Virus record (IMG/VR): IMGVR_UViG_3300022837_000010
Coordinates: 3,030 to 67,029 of that record
From: a virus
Reading direction: 5' to 3' (one strand)
DNA: 64,000 nucleotides
Below, in pieces: positions 10,605 to 20,133 of this stretch; position 1 is the first letter of the stretch, and each line of letters begins with the position of its first letter. A model generated the notes under the pieces. It did no database searches and had not been told where the DNA came from. It was given only the letters and a program-made list of their open reading frames with translations. A program made the translations under genes and the position numbers.

Positions 10605-13600
10605 ATGGCTGATTATAGCGATAACGTTAACGCATTATTTCCTGGTCTTAATTCTACAACTACTAGTTCAAAAAAGAATACTGCTCAATTATTTGGAAAA
10701 GAAGTAGGGGTTAGTAGTTTAGGTTCATTTTTTGCAGGTATAGGCTCTGGTCTTTTTAAAATACCAGAAGGATTTGTGTCGCTAGGTGCTAACTTAATAG
10801 ACCTAGGTGCAGATACAAACACGGCTCAAGAAGTAGAAGAATTTTTTGCTAAAATAAATCCATTTGATGAGTATGCTGAAGCAACTGCTGCAGGTAGAAT
10901 TAGTGAAATACTTACAAACATTGCGGTGCCTGTTGGTATAGCTGGTAGTGTTGCTAGTAAATTAAGCAAGGGAGCATTGGCTGCTAAAAAATCTGGAAAT
11001 TATTTTAAAGTATTAGATGATGATGGAGTTCCTGTTTTAGAAGCTTTAAAAAAAGGACAAAAAATAAAATCAGTAGATAGACTAGCAAAGTTAAATAGAA
11101 AAGGACAAGCTGCTCAATTAGGTATTACAGGTTTAGCATCAGGTGCTGCCGAAGCTGCCTTTGTAGATGATCCAGAAGATGTAGGAACATTTGGAGATTT
11201 GTTTGGTGGAGGACCAACTGAACTAGAAAGAGGGAATGATTATGATCCTGAAAGAGAATTATATAATAGATTAAAATTAGGAATAGAAGGAGCAGCATTT
11301 ACAGGAATTATAAGTACAGCTGGAAAAGGAGTTAAACAATTAGCAGATGCTACCAAAGCAGGTAGGGTTGCACAAACTAAAACAGGTAGAGCATTGGATT
11401 GGTTTTCCGAAAAGTTAAGACCACGTAGTGCAAAAAATAAACAATATTTTGAAAACGAAATGAGCTACAAAGGAAAATTAGGAGGAGATCAAAATTTTGT
11501 AGAGAATCTTGCTTTTCAATTAGATGATCAATTAGATTCAGTTATGCCCACCTTAAATAGATGGTTTGGAGATAGAGGAACTGTAGCTAAAACAAAATTA
11601 CTTCAACAAGCTAAAAAAACAATTCTATCTAATTTAGATCCTGAAAATATAAAATTTGGTACAATAGATAGACGTAATTTAAAAACTGGTGAGTTTATGA
11701 AAGACAAAGAAAAATTTGATCTTTTAAAAGAAAGATTTATAAAACAAGGTATGTCTCCTAAAGAAGCAACAGCCAAAGCATTAAAAGAAGCTCCTAATGA
11801 ACAACAATTAAAAGTTCTTATGCCTGCAATTAATATTAGAGAAGCTAAAATATTAGATGATATGTTAAGATCCACTTCAAAAGAATTTGGTAAAGATTTA
11901 GATCCTAAATTATTAAGTCAAAAAAATCCTGCTAACTTTAAAAGAGATATAAAAAAAGCAGACATATTAAGTAAGCAAGAAAGACAAGGAGTTATTGGAA
12001 CTTTAAATGACATGAGACAAACATGGGGTGATCTACTTGCTATCGAAGGAAGGTCTTTAGATACTTCTAAAGGTGTAAAAATTAAAGGAGGTAAACCAGT
12101 TCCAACAGGTAAATCTACTTTTGATAGGTGGAAAGAAATAATGCCTAAAATGATTACTGATCGTTTAGATACAGGATATTTAGTATTTAAAAATAATTCT
12201 CTTCGACTGGCTGATAATGTAGCTCCCGCTAAAGAATTAATGAAAAAAGAAGAAACAAGTATTAAAAAAATTGCTGAAGGTTTAGGTGTTAAAATAGGTA
12301 ACAGTGAGGCTAAAAAAATTGTTAATGATATTGTTGCAACTGCGAGACTAGATAAAAAAATTCCTTTATTAGAAAAAGGTAGTGTGTTATTTAAAATTCC
12401 AAATTATTTTGTAGATAAATCTTTTGCATCCTACGCGGCTAAATTTCCTAACAAACAATTAATTCAATTAACAGATGAAACTCAAGCAGTTGCTAATAGA
12501 TTATTAGGTAAAGATGAAAGTGTTATGTCTGTTATATTAAATGGAAGTAGTATGTTGTCTACGGTAGTTAGAAGAGATGATTTTTATAGAACTTTATTAA
12601 ATAATTCTAATGATATTAAAGTAGCCAGAGGTGCAAGAATAGAAGAATTAGTAAAACAAGGAATGTCTAGAGAAGAAGCATCCGCTAAAGCTCCTATCCA
12701 AACTTTTTTTGATACTGAAGAAGAATTAATAAAAGCAACCGGTGCAAAAGCTGGAGACTACAGAAAAATTGCAACAGTATCTGCAAGAGGAGAAGAAGGT
12801 TTAGAACAAATTAATCCACTCGTGGATAGAAATAAAACAAGAACTTTATTAAAAGGAGAAATAGATCCCAAGACAGGAGAAAATATTTGGGCAGAAGAAG
12901 CTAATCAAGTTTTAAGAAAACCTAGTTTCAAAGAAATGTACGATCAATACACTTCAGGAGTTGGAGTAAATCCAGGAGAAACATTTGAAGCTTATCAAAA
13001 AAGGGCTAACAAAGAATTTTTAGTAGATGTTGCTAGCATTAATCCTCTAACAGGTAAGTGGACTTTAAACGGTAATGCTGATGCATTATATAATGTAAAC
13101 AAAAATTTAATTACACCGGATAGTGGTTTGGCTGCGCAGATATATAAAAATTTAATTTTATATCCAAAAGCAACTTCTCAAATGGCAAAAACAGTACTGG
13201 GTCCATTTACTCATATGCGTAATTTTTTAAGTGCTGGAGCTTTTGCAACTGCTAATGGTATTATTCCTTTTCTAGGAGCTAAAGGTGCGGCAAGAGATGC
13301 CTTAAGAGCCATACAATTAGGTCCAAGAAGTAAAGAAGGAAACGCATTGTATAAAGAATTATTGGAAAGAGGAGTAGTAAACTCTCAAGCTCAACTATCT
13401 GATTTAAAAGAACTATTAAAAGATATAGATTTTGGTGGAACATTTGGTTCAATTAAAGCATTTAATAAATTAGCTAAAGTATTATCTAGAAGTAAAAAAT
13501 TTGCACAAGATGCCTACACAGCTGAAGATGATTTTTGGAAAATATTTTCTTATCTAAAAGAAAAAGATAGATTATTTAATGCTTATTCAAAAGCATTTGA

Positions 13601-15146
13601 TGGTTCTTCTATTGGTAAAGGTGGCACGTTTGTAAACATGGCGGGTAAAACTGTAAGACTTAATAAAGATACTGTTGCTGAAGAAGCTGCTGAAATTGTT
13701 AGAAATAATATTCCAAACTATGCTTATGTTTCTGATTTTGTAAAAGGTTTACGTCAATATCCTATCGGTAATTTTGTATCTTTCCCTGCGGAAATTTTAA
13801 GAACAGGAACTAATATTGTTCAAAGAGGATTAGATGAAATATTTTATACAGTTAAACTATCTAATGGGGAAACTGTTAAACCATTAAGAGCAATTGGTTT
13901 ACAAAGATTAATTGGTATGGGAGTAACAACAAGCGCAGTTCCATATGCAGCGGTGGCCGCAGGTCAAGCACTGTATGATGTTAGCGAAGATGAATTAAAA
14001 GCAATGAGAAGATATGTAGCTAGTTGGTCTAAAAATTCTACACTAATTCCCTTAAGAGGAGAAGATGGTAAACTTAAATATATAGATTTTTCACACATGA
14101 ACGCTTATGACACTTTAACAAGACCTATTCAAACGGTAATCAATGCAGTGCAATTAGGCGAACAAGATAAAAACGGAATTATGGATGACTTTATGAAAGG
14201 TTTATTTACTTCAACTAAAGAATTAGCGGAGCCTTTTATTTCGGAATCAATTTGGACGCAAGCTTTAGCAGATGTTTTTGTAAGAGGTGGTAAAACAAGA
14301 GATGGTTTTAGAGTGTATAATGAAAATGATACAAAAGGAAATCAATTATATAATAGTTTAGCTCATTTAGGTAAGTCTCAACTTCCTCTTAACTGGAAAC
14401 AATTAGAAAGATTAAATTTATCTATGAAACCAAAAGATAGTAGTGGAAGATTTGATGAAAGGGGTAGAGATTTTGAATTAGGAAATGAAGTAGCAGGTAT
14501 GATTGGTGCAAGAGCTATTGAAATAGAACCGGAAAAAGCTATAACATATAAAATAGCAGATTATGCTAGAGGCACAAGAAATTCTAAATCTTTATTTACT
14601 AGAGAAGTTTTAAAAGGAGGTATTAAAACTCCAGAACAAATATATGAAGCTTATTTAAATGCTAATAAAGCTTTATTTAAAGTTCAAAAAAATATGGCTG
14701 ATGATATGAGTGCAGCTAGATTATTGGGAATGACTGAAGATGAAATGGAAACAGAAGTTTTAGATAGAATAGGTGGTGTAAACTATGAAACTTTAACTGA
14801 AAATATTTTTAGACCTTTAAATATTACTACAAATACTATTAATTCTTTTCAAGAAATAGCCGATGCATTAGGAATTTCTAATCCATTAGATTCAGTAATA
14901 GATTCATTAAGTGAATTACAAGAATTATTGAGTGAGTATTCTTTAACTAATAAAGATTTACCACAATTAAAAAACCCTTTTAATACACCTCCTCTTCCTA
15001 ATTTGGTAAACAATATAAAAGCTCCTTTCCAACAGTTAGGATTTTTAGGAGAAAATCAAACTAGTGTTGGTAGTACAGGTGTATTACCTTCTTTTGATAA
15101 GTTACCTACTAACGAAAAATATAAAACTTTATTCCCTAGAGGCTAA
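10605..15146 (+). CDS. Large internal virion (ejectosome) protein
   Basis: 1513 aa, helical/charged, last of the internal-protein block; PNY..V...GNFVSFPAEI segment typical of such proteins. Confidence 0.65.
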   Translation: MADYSDNVNALFPGLNSTTTSSKKNTAQLFGKEVGVSSLGSFFAGIGSGLFKIPEGFVSLGANLIDLGADTNTAQEVEEFFAKINPFDEYAEATAAGRISEILTNIAVPVGIAGSVASKLSKGALAAKKSGNYFKVLDDDGVPVLEALKKGQKIKSVDRLAKLNRKGQAAQLGITGLASGAAEAAFVDDPEDVGTFGDLFGGGPTELERGNDYDPERELYNRLKLGIEGAAFTGIISTAGKGVKQLADATKAGRVAQTKTGRALDWFSEKLRPRSAKNKQYFENEMSYKGKLGGDQNFVENLAFQLDDQLDSVMPTLNRWFGDRGTVAKTKLLQQAKKTILSNLDPENIKFGTIDRRNLKTGEFMKDKEKFDLLKERFIKQGMSPKEATAKALKEAPNEQQLKVLMPAINIREAKILDDMLRSTSKEFGKDLDPKLLSQKNPANFKRDIKKADILSKQERQGVIGTLNDMRQTWGDLLAIEGRSLDTSKGVKIKGGKPVPTGKSTFDRWKEIMPKMITDRLDTGYLVFKNNSLRLADNVAPAKELMKKEETSIKKIAEGLGVKIGNSEAKKIVNDIVATARLDKKIPLLEKGSVLFKIPNYFVDKSFASYAAKFPNKQLIQLTDETQAVANRLLGKDESVMSVILNGSSMLSTVVRRDDFYRTLLNNSNDIKVARGARIEELVKQGMSREEASAKAPIQTFFDTEEELIKATGAKAGDYRKIATVSARGEEGLEQINPLVDRNKTRTLLKGEIDPKTGENIWAEEANQVLRKPSFKEMYDQYTSGVGVNPGETFEAYQKRANKEFLVDVASINPLTGKWTLNGNADALYNVNKNLITPDSGLAAQIYKNLILYPKATSQMAKTVLGPFTHMRNFLSAGAFATANGIIPFLGAKGAARDALRAIQLGPRSKEGNALYKELLERGVVNSQAQLSDLKELLKDIDFGGTFGSIKAFNKLAKVLSRSKKFAQDAYTAEDDFWKIFSYLKEKDRLFNAYSKAFDGSSIGKGGTFVNMAGKTVRLNKDTVAEEAAEIVRNNIPNYAYVSDFVKGLRQYPIGNFVSFPAEILRTGTNIVQRGLDEIFYTVKLSNGETVKPLRAIGLQRLIGMGVTTSAVPYAAVAAGQALYDVSEDELKAMRRYVASWSKNSTLIPLRGEDGKLKYIDFSHMNAYDTLTRPIQTVINAVQLGEQDKNGIMDDFMKGLFTSTKELAEPFISESIWTQALADVFVRGGKTRDGFRVYNENDTKGNQLYNSLAHLGKSQLPLNWKQLERLNLSMKPKDSSGRFDERGRDFELGNEVAGMIGARAIEIEPEKAITYKIADYARGTRNSKSLFTREVLKGGIKTPEQIYEAYLNANKALFKVQKNMADDMSAARLLGMTEDEMETEVLDRIGGVNYETLTENIFRPLNITTNTINSFQEIADALGISNPLDSVIDSLSELQELLSEYSLTNKDLPQLKNPFNTPPLPNLVNNIKAPFQQLGFLGENQTSVGSTGVLPSFDKLPTNEKYKTLFPRG

Positions 15147-15150
15147 ACCT

Positions 15151-15366
15151 ATGGCTATTGAACCCAAAACAACCCGAGAACATATCTTATCCCTTTACGG
15201 ACACATGACTGGAATCAAAAAAGAAATTGTTAAGAACAAACAAGACCTTAAACATATTCACGAAGATGTCGAGAAAATGGGCGGTAAGATAGATAAGATC
15301 TATTGGGTTCTTTTAGTAGCTGCGGGAACAACTACACTCTTCGTGATAGACCTTTTGGTAAGATGA
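15151..15366 (+). CDS. Coiled-coil protein with C-terminal TM helix (possible holin/lysis accessory)
   Basis: KIDKIYWVLLVAAGTTTLFVI; near endolysin; start refined to ATG 15151. Confidence 0.5.
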   Translation: MAIEPKTTREHILSLYGHMTGIKKEIVKNKQDLKHIHEDVEKMGGKIDKIYWVLLVAAGTTTLFVIDLLVR

Positions 15367-15572
15367 AACTCATATTAATTATTGTATTATCAAGTACTTT
15401 ATACGAGTTAAAAGAAGTTGAAGTACCTAGTGGACAAACATGTGGTGATGTGTACAATAATGTCGTTGTGTATAAAGAAAATCCCCTTGCGTATCCAGGA
15501 AAAGGTCAAGTTTGGGTTAATGGATATTATAAAGGGAAAATTGTAGGAGGATATATTTGTGAAGCTATCTAA
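15363..15572 (+). CDS. Small secreted/membrane hypothetical protein
   Basis: MKLILIIVLSS signal-like start; ATGA overlap. Confidence 0.55.
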   Translation: MKLILIIVLSSTLYELKEVEVPSGQTCGDVYNNVVVYKENPLAYPGKGQVWVNGYYKGKIVGGYICEAI

Positions 15573-16050
15573 AAACTTTTATCTATCCGAGATGACTAAA
15601 TCGCAGACCGCGGAGCGTATGGGTTTAGATAATAATCCGTCTCAATATGAAACTGAAAATTTACGCCTGTTGTGTGAGAGAGTACTACAACCTATACGGG
15701 ACCATTTTGATTCTGTGGTTTCTATTTCTAGTGGATTTCGAAATGAAATTTTGAGCGAAAAAATCGGTAGTAGTAGAAAATCCCAGCACTGTTTAGGCCA
15801 GGCGGCCGATTTTGAAATATTTGGTATAGAAAATAATAAGGTCAGTGATTGGATCAAAGAGAACCTTATGTTTGACCAATTAATTTTAGAATACTATATT
15901 CCAGGACAACCTAACTCTGGGTGGGTCCATGTTTCTTACAATTCTGACATAAATATGAACAGAAAAGAATATTTAATGGCTGTTAAAAAAGACGGTAAAA
16001 CAGAATATAAACAAATACTTGGTTTATCTACAGATCGTTACGCAAAATAA
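15559..16050 (+). CDS. Endolysin, peptidase M15 family
   Basis: ISSGFR...SQHCLGQAADF...WVHVSY zinc-peptidase motifs. Confidence 0.9.
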   Translation: MKLSKNFYLSEMTKSQTAERMGLDNNPSQYETENLRLLCERVLQPIRDHFDSVVSISSGFRNEILSEKIGSSRKSQHCLGQAADFEIFGIENNKVSDWIKENLMFDQLILEYYIPGQPNSGWVHVSYNSDINMNRKEYLMAVKKDGKTEYKQILGLSTDRYAK

Positions 16051-16058
16051 TTTTTAGT

Positions 16059-16154
16059 GTGGTAGTTGTTGGTTTAACGGTATATGAAAGACCAAGGACG
16101 AAGAAAACCGAACCAACTCTGGCATTGCTGCCAAGAACCTACCACTGTCCTTGG
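16059..16154 (-). ncRNA. Candidate pseudoknotted structured RNA
   Basis: Five complementary pairings including an 8-bp pseudoknot; GCAA tetraloop on the minus strand; intergenic between convergent genes. Confidence 0.55.
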
Positions 16155-16184
16155 AGTACTTTTCTTGTCCTATTCTGTAATATT

Positions 16185-16415
16185 TTAATGCCATGTAATG
16201 GGTTCCTCGTCTCCATCTAAAATTTTATTAGTCTTAACCATAAATTTTATTTCACCACTTTTTAATGAATCTTCACCAAAATCTTCAACTTTATCTCTTA
16301 TGGCTTGGTTGATTTCTAATATATCATGAAAAGATAATTGTACTATAAATTGTTTTTTCATTTGAGTAACCCATTTATTAGATTTTTTAGTTTTTTTAGT
16401 TTTTTTAGTTTTCAT
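16185..16415 (-). CDS. Hypothetical protein
   Basis: ATG overlaps helicase stop; KTKKTKKTKK from a 9-bp tandem repeat. Confidence 0.6.
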   Translation of the reverse strand: MKTKKTKKTKKSNKWVTQMKKQFIVQLSFHDILEINQAIRDKVEDFGEDSLKSGEIKFMVKTNKILDGDEEPITWH

Positions 16416-17848
16416 TAGATCCATTCTCTCCAATCTTCATCCATAATAGTATTAGCAATATCCATTTTTTTCCGTAGAGCTTTTACTATCTTTTCATCCA
16501 CAGTTTTTGGTGCTATAAGGTCAATATATGTTACTGATTTATTCTGACCTATTCTATGTGCTCTATCTTCTGATTGTAATCTTTTTTCTAAATCATAACC
16601 GTTAGAGTAATAAACCACAGTATTAGCTGCAGTTAACGTAATACCATAACCCGCGGTTTGTGGATTACCTATAAAGAACCTAACTTTAGAATCTGGATCT
16701 TGAAACTTTGTAATAGCTTCTTGTCTGTCCGCAGATTTAACAGCACCATAGTATTGAACTACAGAATCATCACCATATTCTTCTTTGATAGTTTTAACTA
16801 AATCTTCAATATCATAGATATAATTAGCCCATATAATAACCTTACCTTCTACCTCTTCAAGTAAAGCTAATAGTTCTTTCATTCTATTATTTTTAATTTT
16901 AGTTGTAGTGCCATCATCATTCTTTAAATGACCACAAGTAATTTGATGTAATCTCATCATTTGTGTAAGAACATGAGGTGCGGTAGCCATTTTGCCTTTT
17001 AGTAGAGCGAGGGCCGCGGATTTCATGGTAGCGTAGGCCTTACTTTGTTCTTCAGTAAGTTCTATTTCACGTCTAGTATATATTTTAGGAGGTAAATCTA
17101 AACAATCTTCTTTCAACACCCTATACGAAAACTTTTTTATAGTATCTGAAAGTTCATCTAATCTTTGATAACTAGAAATAAGTTGTACTCTACGTCCACC
17201 AAAATTTCTTTCAACCATATGAGCATATCTATTTCTAAACGCATAAAAAGAACTGAAACCTAATAAAAATTCATTTAAAAAATTACATTGAGTATATAAG
17301 TCAAGAGGACTTTTTGTCACAGGTGAACCTGTAAGTATTCTTCTATATTCAGCCTGCTTTCCAAGTTGTAAGATAGATTTAGTACGTTTAGCAGTAGGAT
17401 TTTTAATAGTAGTAGACTCATCTACAGCAAGCATTGTTTTATGACAACTCATAAATTTACCTGCAAAATCTAAACCTTTTTTAGTACTTAACGCTTCAAC
17501 ATTCATAATTAGGATGTGTAGATCATGTCCTGTTTCAAATAATGATTGATACTCTTTATCCTTTGTTTTTGAAGTTGAAGCAGTCCATAGTACCATTGTA
17601 GGGTGTATGTGACTAACTAAATGTGTAGGTATTTCTTGAGAAAACCAATTGTTATATACACCCTTTGGTGCTATAATAAGTGCGCCATTAATTCTGCCTT
17701 TATCATAAAGCATAGCCATATTATCAACTAATACTTTAGATTTTCCAGTTCCCATTTCCATGAAATAACCATACTCTGTTTTATCCCACGATTTTTCTAA
17801 CGCAGTAATTTGATGTGCGTAAGGTTTTGTTTTAAATTTATAATTCAT
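16415..17848 (-). CDS. SNF2-family (SF2) helicase
   Basis: EMGTGKS, VDES, LTGSP, GYGITLT, QSEDRAHRIGQ. Confidence 0.95.
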   Translation of the reverse strand: MNYKFKTKPYAHQITALEKSWDKTEYGYFMEMGTGKSKVLVDNMAMLYDKGRINGALIIAPKGVYNNWFSQEIPTHLVSHIHPTMVLWTASTSKTKDKEYQSLFETGHDLHILIMNVEALSTKKGLDFAGKFMSCHKTMLAVDESTTIKNPTAKRTKSILQLGKQAEYRRILTGSPVTKSPLDLYTQCNFLNEFLLGFSSFYAFRNRYAHMVERNFGGRRVQLISSYQRLDELSDTIKKFSYRVLKEDCLDLPPKIYTRREIELTEEQSKAYATMKSAALALLKGKMATAPHVLTQMMRLHQITCGHLKNDDGTTTKIKNNRMKELLALLEEVEGKVIIWANYIYDIEDLVKTIKEEYGDDSVVQYYGAVKSADRQEAITKFQDPDSKVRFFIGNPQTAGYGITLTAANTVVYYSNGYDLEKRLQSEDRAHRIGQNKSVTYIDLIAPKTVDEKIVKALRKKMDIANTIMDEDWREWI

Positions 17849-17868
17849 AATTTATTTCTTCTTTCTAG

Positions 17869-17905
17869 TTGACAAGTATATAAATCAATGTATAACAGCT
17901 GTCAA
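17869..17905. promoter_or_regulatory. Overlapping divergent sigma70 promoters
   Basis: Plus: TTGACA-16-TATAAC; minus: TTGACA-17-TATATA; between helicase and replication operon. Confidence 0.7.
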
Positions 17906-17930
17906 GACAAAAGAAATTAGAATTATTAGA

Positions 17931-18332
17931 ATGAAAAATAAAATATTTGAATTATATAAACCAGATTCTTTAAGAGAATTTTTAGACTTTTATAAAAATA
18001 ATCCAGAAGAGAAATTTGTTTATGTTGCACAACAACCTCAAGCAAATATAAATATATCAAGTGCATCTGATTTTGGTTATCTAATTATTTGTTTACCTAA
18101 CACTGGACCAGAGTCTCAAGCAATTTATTCTACTTCTCCGTTTGTGAGAAAAATGAAAAAGAATTTACAAAATTTTAGACAACAAGATTATTTATTAGCT
18201 ATTGGAGATCCTATAATAATTGGTATTTGCAATATTGCTATAAGTGATGTAACCAATGGAAAGTTTAATGTATTAAAATGGGATAGAAGAGAGTATAGAT
18301 ACTACCCATTAGAATTAGACTTTTATAACTAG
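17931..18332 (+). CDS. Hypothetical protein
   Basis: 133-aa ORF, first gene of the replication operon. Confidence 0.75.
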   Translation: MKNKIFELYKPDSLREFLDFYKNNPEEKFVYVAQQPQANINISSASDFGYLIICLPNTGPESQAIYSTSPFVRKMKKNLQNFRQQDYLLAIGDPIIIGICNIAISDVTNGKFNVLKWDRREYRYYPLELDFYN

Positions 18333-18346
18333 AAAGAAGAAATAAT

Positions 18347-18727
18347 ATGAGCCATAAAGTAAAACCTGAAGATAAGTTAAAAAAAGAAAATAAGTTAAAA
18401 AAAGAAATAAGAGACCTAAAAAAAGAGGCCAAACCTTTTCTTGCTTATAAAAGATTAATCTTAACTGCTGCTAAATCAGAATATGACCCCAAAGATGTTG
18501 TAGAGGGTATAAAGTTTGCAGCAAAGCAAATTGAGAAAAAGAATTGGCTAATGGCTGATAAGGTGGGAGGAACTTCTGGCGATTTAATGGTTAGAGATGT
18601 GTGCCCAAAATGTGAAATAAATTTAGTGGGAAAAGATCTTCAACCAAGAGAGTTTACACTTCCTTGCTTAATTAAAGGCTGCTCATTTAATGAAAAACCC
18701 AATCAACTGAAGGAGAAAACAATATGA
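18347..18727 (+). CDS. Hypothetical protein with C-terminal Cys motifs
   Basis: CPKC...CLIKGC. Confidence 0.65.
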   Translation: MSHKVKPEDKLKKENKLKKEIRDLKKEAKPFLAYKRLILTAAKSEYDPKDVVEGIKFAAKQIEKKNWLMADKVGGTSGDLMVRDVCPKCEINLVGKDLQPREFTLPCLIKGCSFNEKPNQLKEKTI

Positions 18728-19287
18728 GTAATGAAATAACAAATATGATGTTAAAAGATTCTAAAGATCTTTTAGATGATGTAGAAATAAATGACATAGC
18801 ATCTGAATGTGTAAAGCTAAAACAAAAAGAAGATGAAATAGCTTCACTTGAAGAGCAGTTAAAATTAAAAAAAGCAGAGGCAGATGATATTGGTTCTAGA
18901 GTAATTCCAGAACTATTAGCTGAACAAGGTTTAAGTGAAATTAAACTTGCAGATGGATCTAAAGTTTCTGTTAAAAAAGAATTTAGAGCAACCGTCCCTA
19001 AAGATGATGTGAGGAGACAAGGTTGTTTACAATGGCTTCGTGACCAGGGTTTAGGAGATATTATTAAAAATAATGTTTTTGTAAGCTTTGGCAGTGGAGA
19101 AGACACCAAGGCGGAGCAGTTGCTCAACCTTGCAGCAGAAAATGGTTTTAATCCACAACAGGTATCTGATGTGCATTGGGCTACACTTTCTGCTCTATAT
19201 CAGGAGCGTGTTCAGTCCGGGCTGGACATGCCTTCTGAAAACTTTAGTCTTTGGATTAAAGCTAAAACTAAAATAACTCGGAAATAA
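18724..19287 (+). CDS. Conserved phage replication-module protein
   Basis: Coiled coil then LADGSKVSV...WLRDQGLGDIIKN...VHWATL; upstream of SSB-like gene. Confidence 0.7.
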   Translation: MSNEITNMMLKDSKDLLDDVEINDIASECVKLKQKEDEIASLEEQLKLKKAEADDIGSRVIPELLAEQGLSEIKLADGSKVSVKKEFRATVPKDDVRRQGCLQWLRDQGLGDIIKNNVFVSFGSGEDTKAEQLLNLAAENGFNPQQVSDVHWATLSALYQERVQSGLDMPSENFSLWIKAKTKITRK

Positions 19288-19307
19288 CCAATAAAGGATA
19301 AAAAATA

Positions 19308-20078
19308 ATGAGCAAAGAAGTAATAAGCAAAGAAGCAGGATCAGTAGCCTTATTTGGCAATGATCTGGAACAAGGTTTTGAAAATGTAACGCAGGAAGAT
19401 ACTTCGTTACCTTATGTTAGAATCTTGGGACAGTTGTCCGCTGAAGTAAATGAAAGTGATGGTAAATACATAGAAGGTGCCAAACCTGGTATGATTTATA
19501 ATAATATTACCAATGAAATATTTGATGGTAAAAAAGGAATTAAAGTAGTTTCTTGTTATTATAAAAGAGATTTTCCAGAAAAATCGGATAGAGGAGACGG
19601 ACTACCTATGACTATAGCAGTTCATTTACCTAATAGTCCAATTATTCAAACTGGTAAAAGAGAAGGTTCTAAAATTAGATTACCTAACGGTAACTATTTA
19701 GAAGAAACCGCTTATTACTATGTTTTAATGGATACTAAAACAAGTGGAATGACACCTGCATTAATTACTATGAAATCTTCACAACTAGGGGTCAGTAAAA
19801 AATGGCTTGCTATGATGAAGTTAATACAAATTAGTAATGGTAAAGGTGGGTTTGCAAGACCTCCTATGCAAGGGGTTGTGTATAATCTGGCTTCAACACT
19901 ACAGAAGAATGATAAAGGTTCTTGGTATGGTTGGTCTGTTACACAGGATAGAATTATGGGACAAGAGGATCAACCTCTGTACCTAATGGCTAAAGAACTT
20001 CACGCAAGTGTAGCTAAAGGCGATGTGCAAACAAAAGCAGATGAAGAAGAGAAACCTAAAGATAGTACTCCGTACTAA
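19308..20078 (+). CDS. Putative ssDNA-binding/recombination protein
   Basis: LPYVRILG...YIEGAKPG...NDKGSWYGW; acidic tail ending PY; strong RBS and downstream hairpin. Confidence 0.55.
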   Translation: MSKEVISKEAGSVALFGNDLEQGFENVTQEDTSLPYVRILGQLSAEVNESDGKYIEGAKPGMIYNNITNEIFDGKKGIKVVSCYYKRDFPEKSDRGDGLPMTIAVHLPNSPIIQTGKREGSKIRLPNGNYLEETAYYYVLMDTKTSGMTPALITMKSSQLGVSKKWLAMMKLIQISNGKGGFARPPMQGVVYNLASTLQKNDKGSWYGWSVTQDRIMGQEDQPLYLMAKELHASVAKGDVQTKADEEEKPKDSTPY

Positions 20079-20087
20079 ATTTAAATT

Positions 20088-20110
20088 AAGGGGATCGCAA
20101 GATCCCCTTT
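20088..20110 (+). terminator. Hairpin terminator/attenuator
   Basis: AAGGGGATC-GCAA-GATCCCCTT. Confidence 0.7.
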
Positions 20111-20133
20111 ACAAAGAATGAAGAAAGTTATAT

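Noticed and set aside
16059-16154. Hammerhead ribozyme
   Set aside because: No CUGANGA/GAAA core in the junction on either strand
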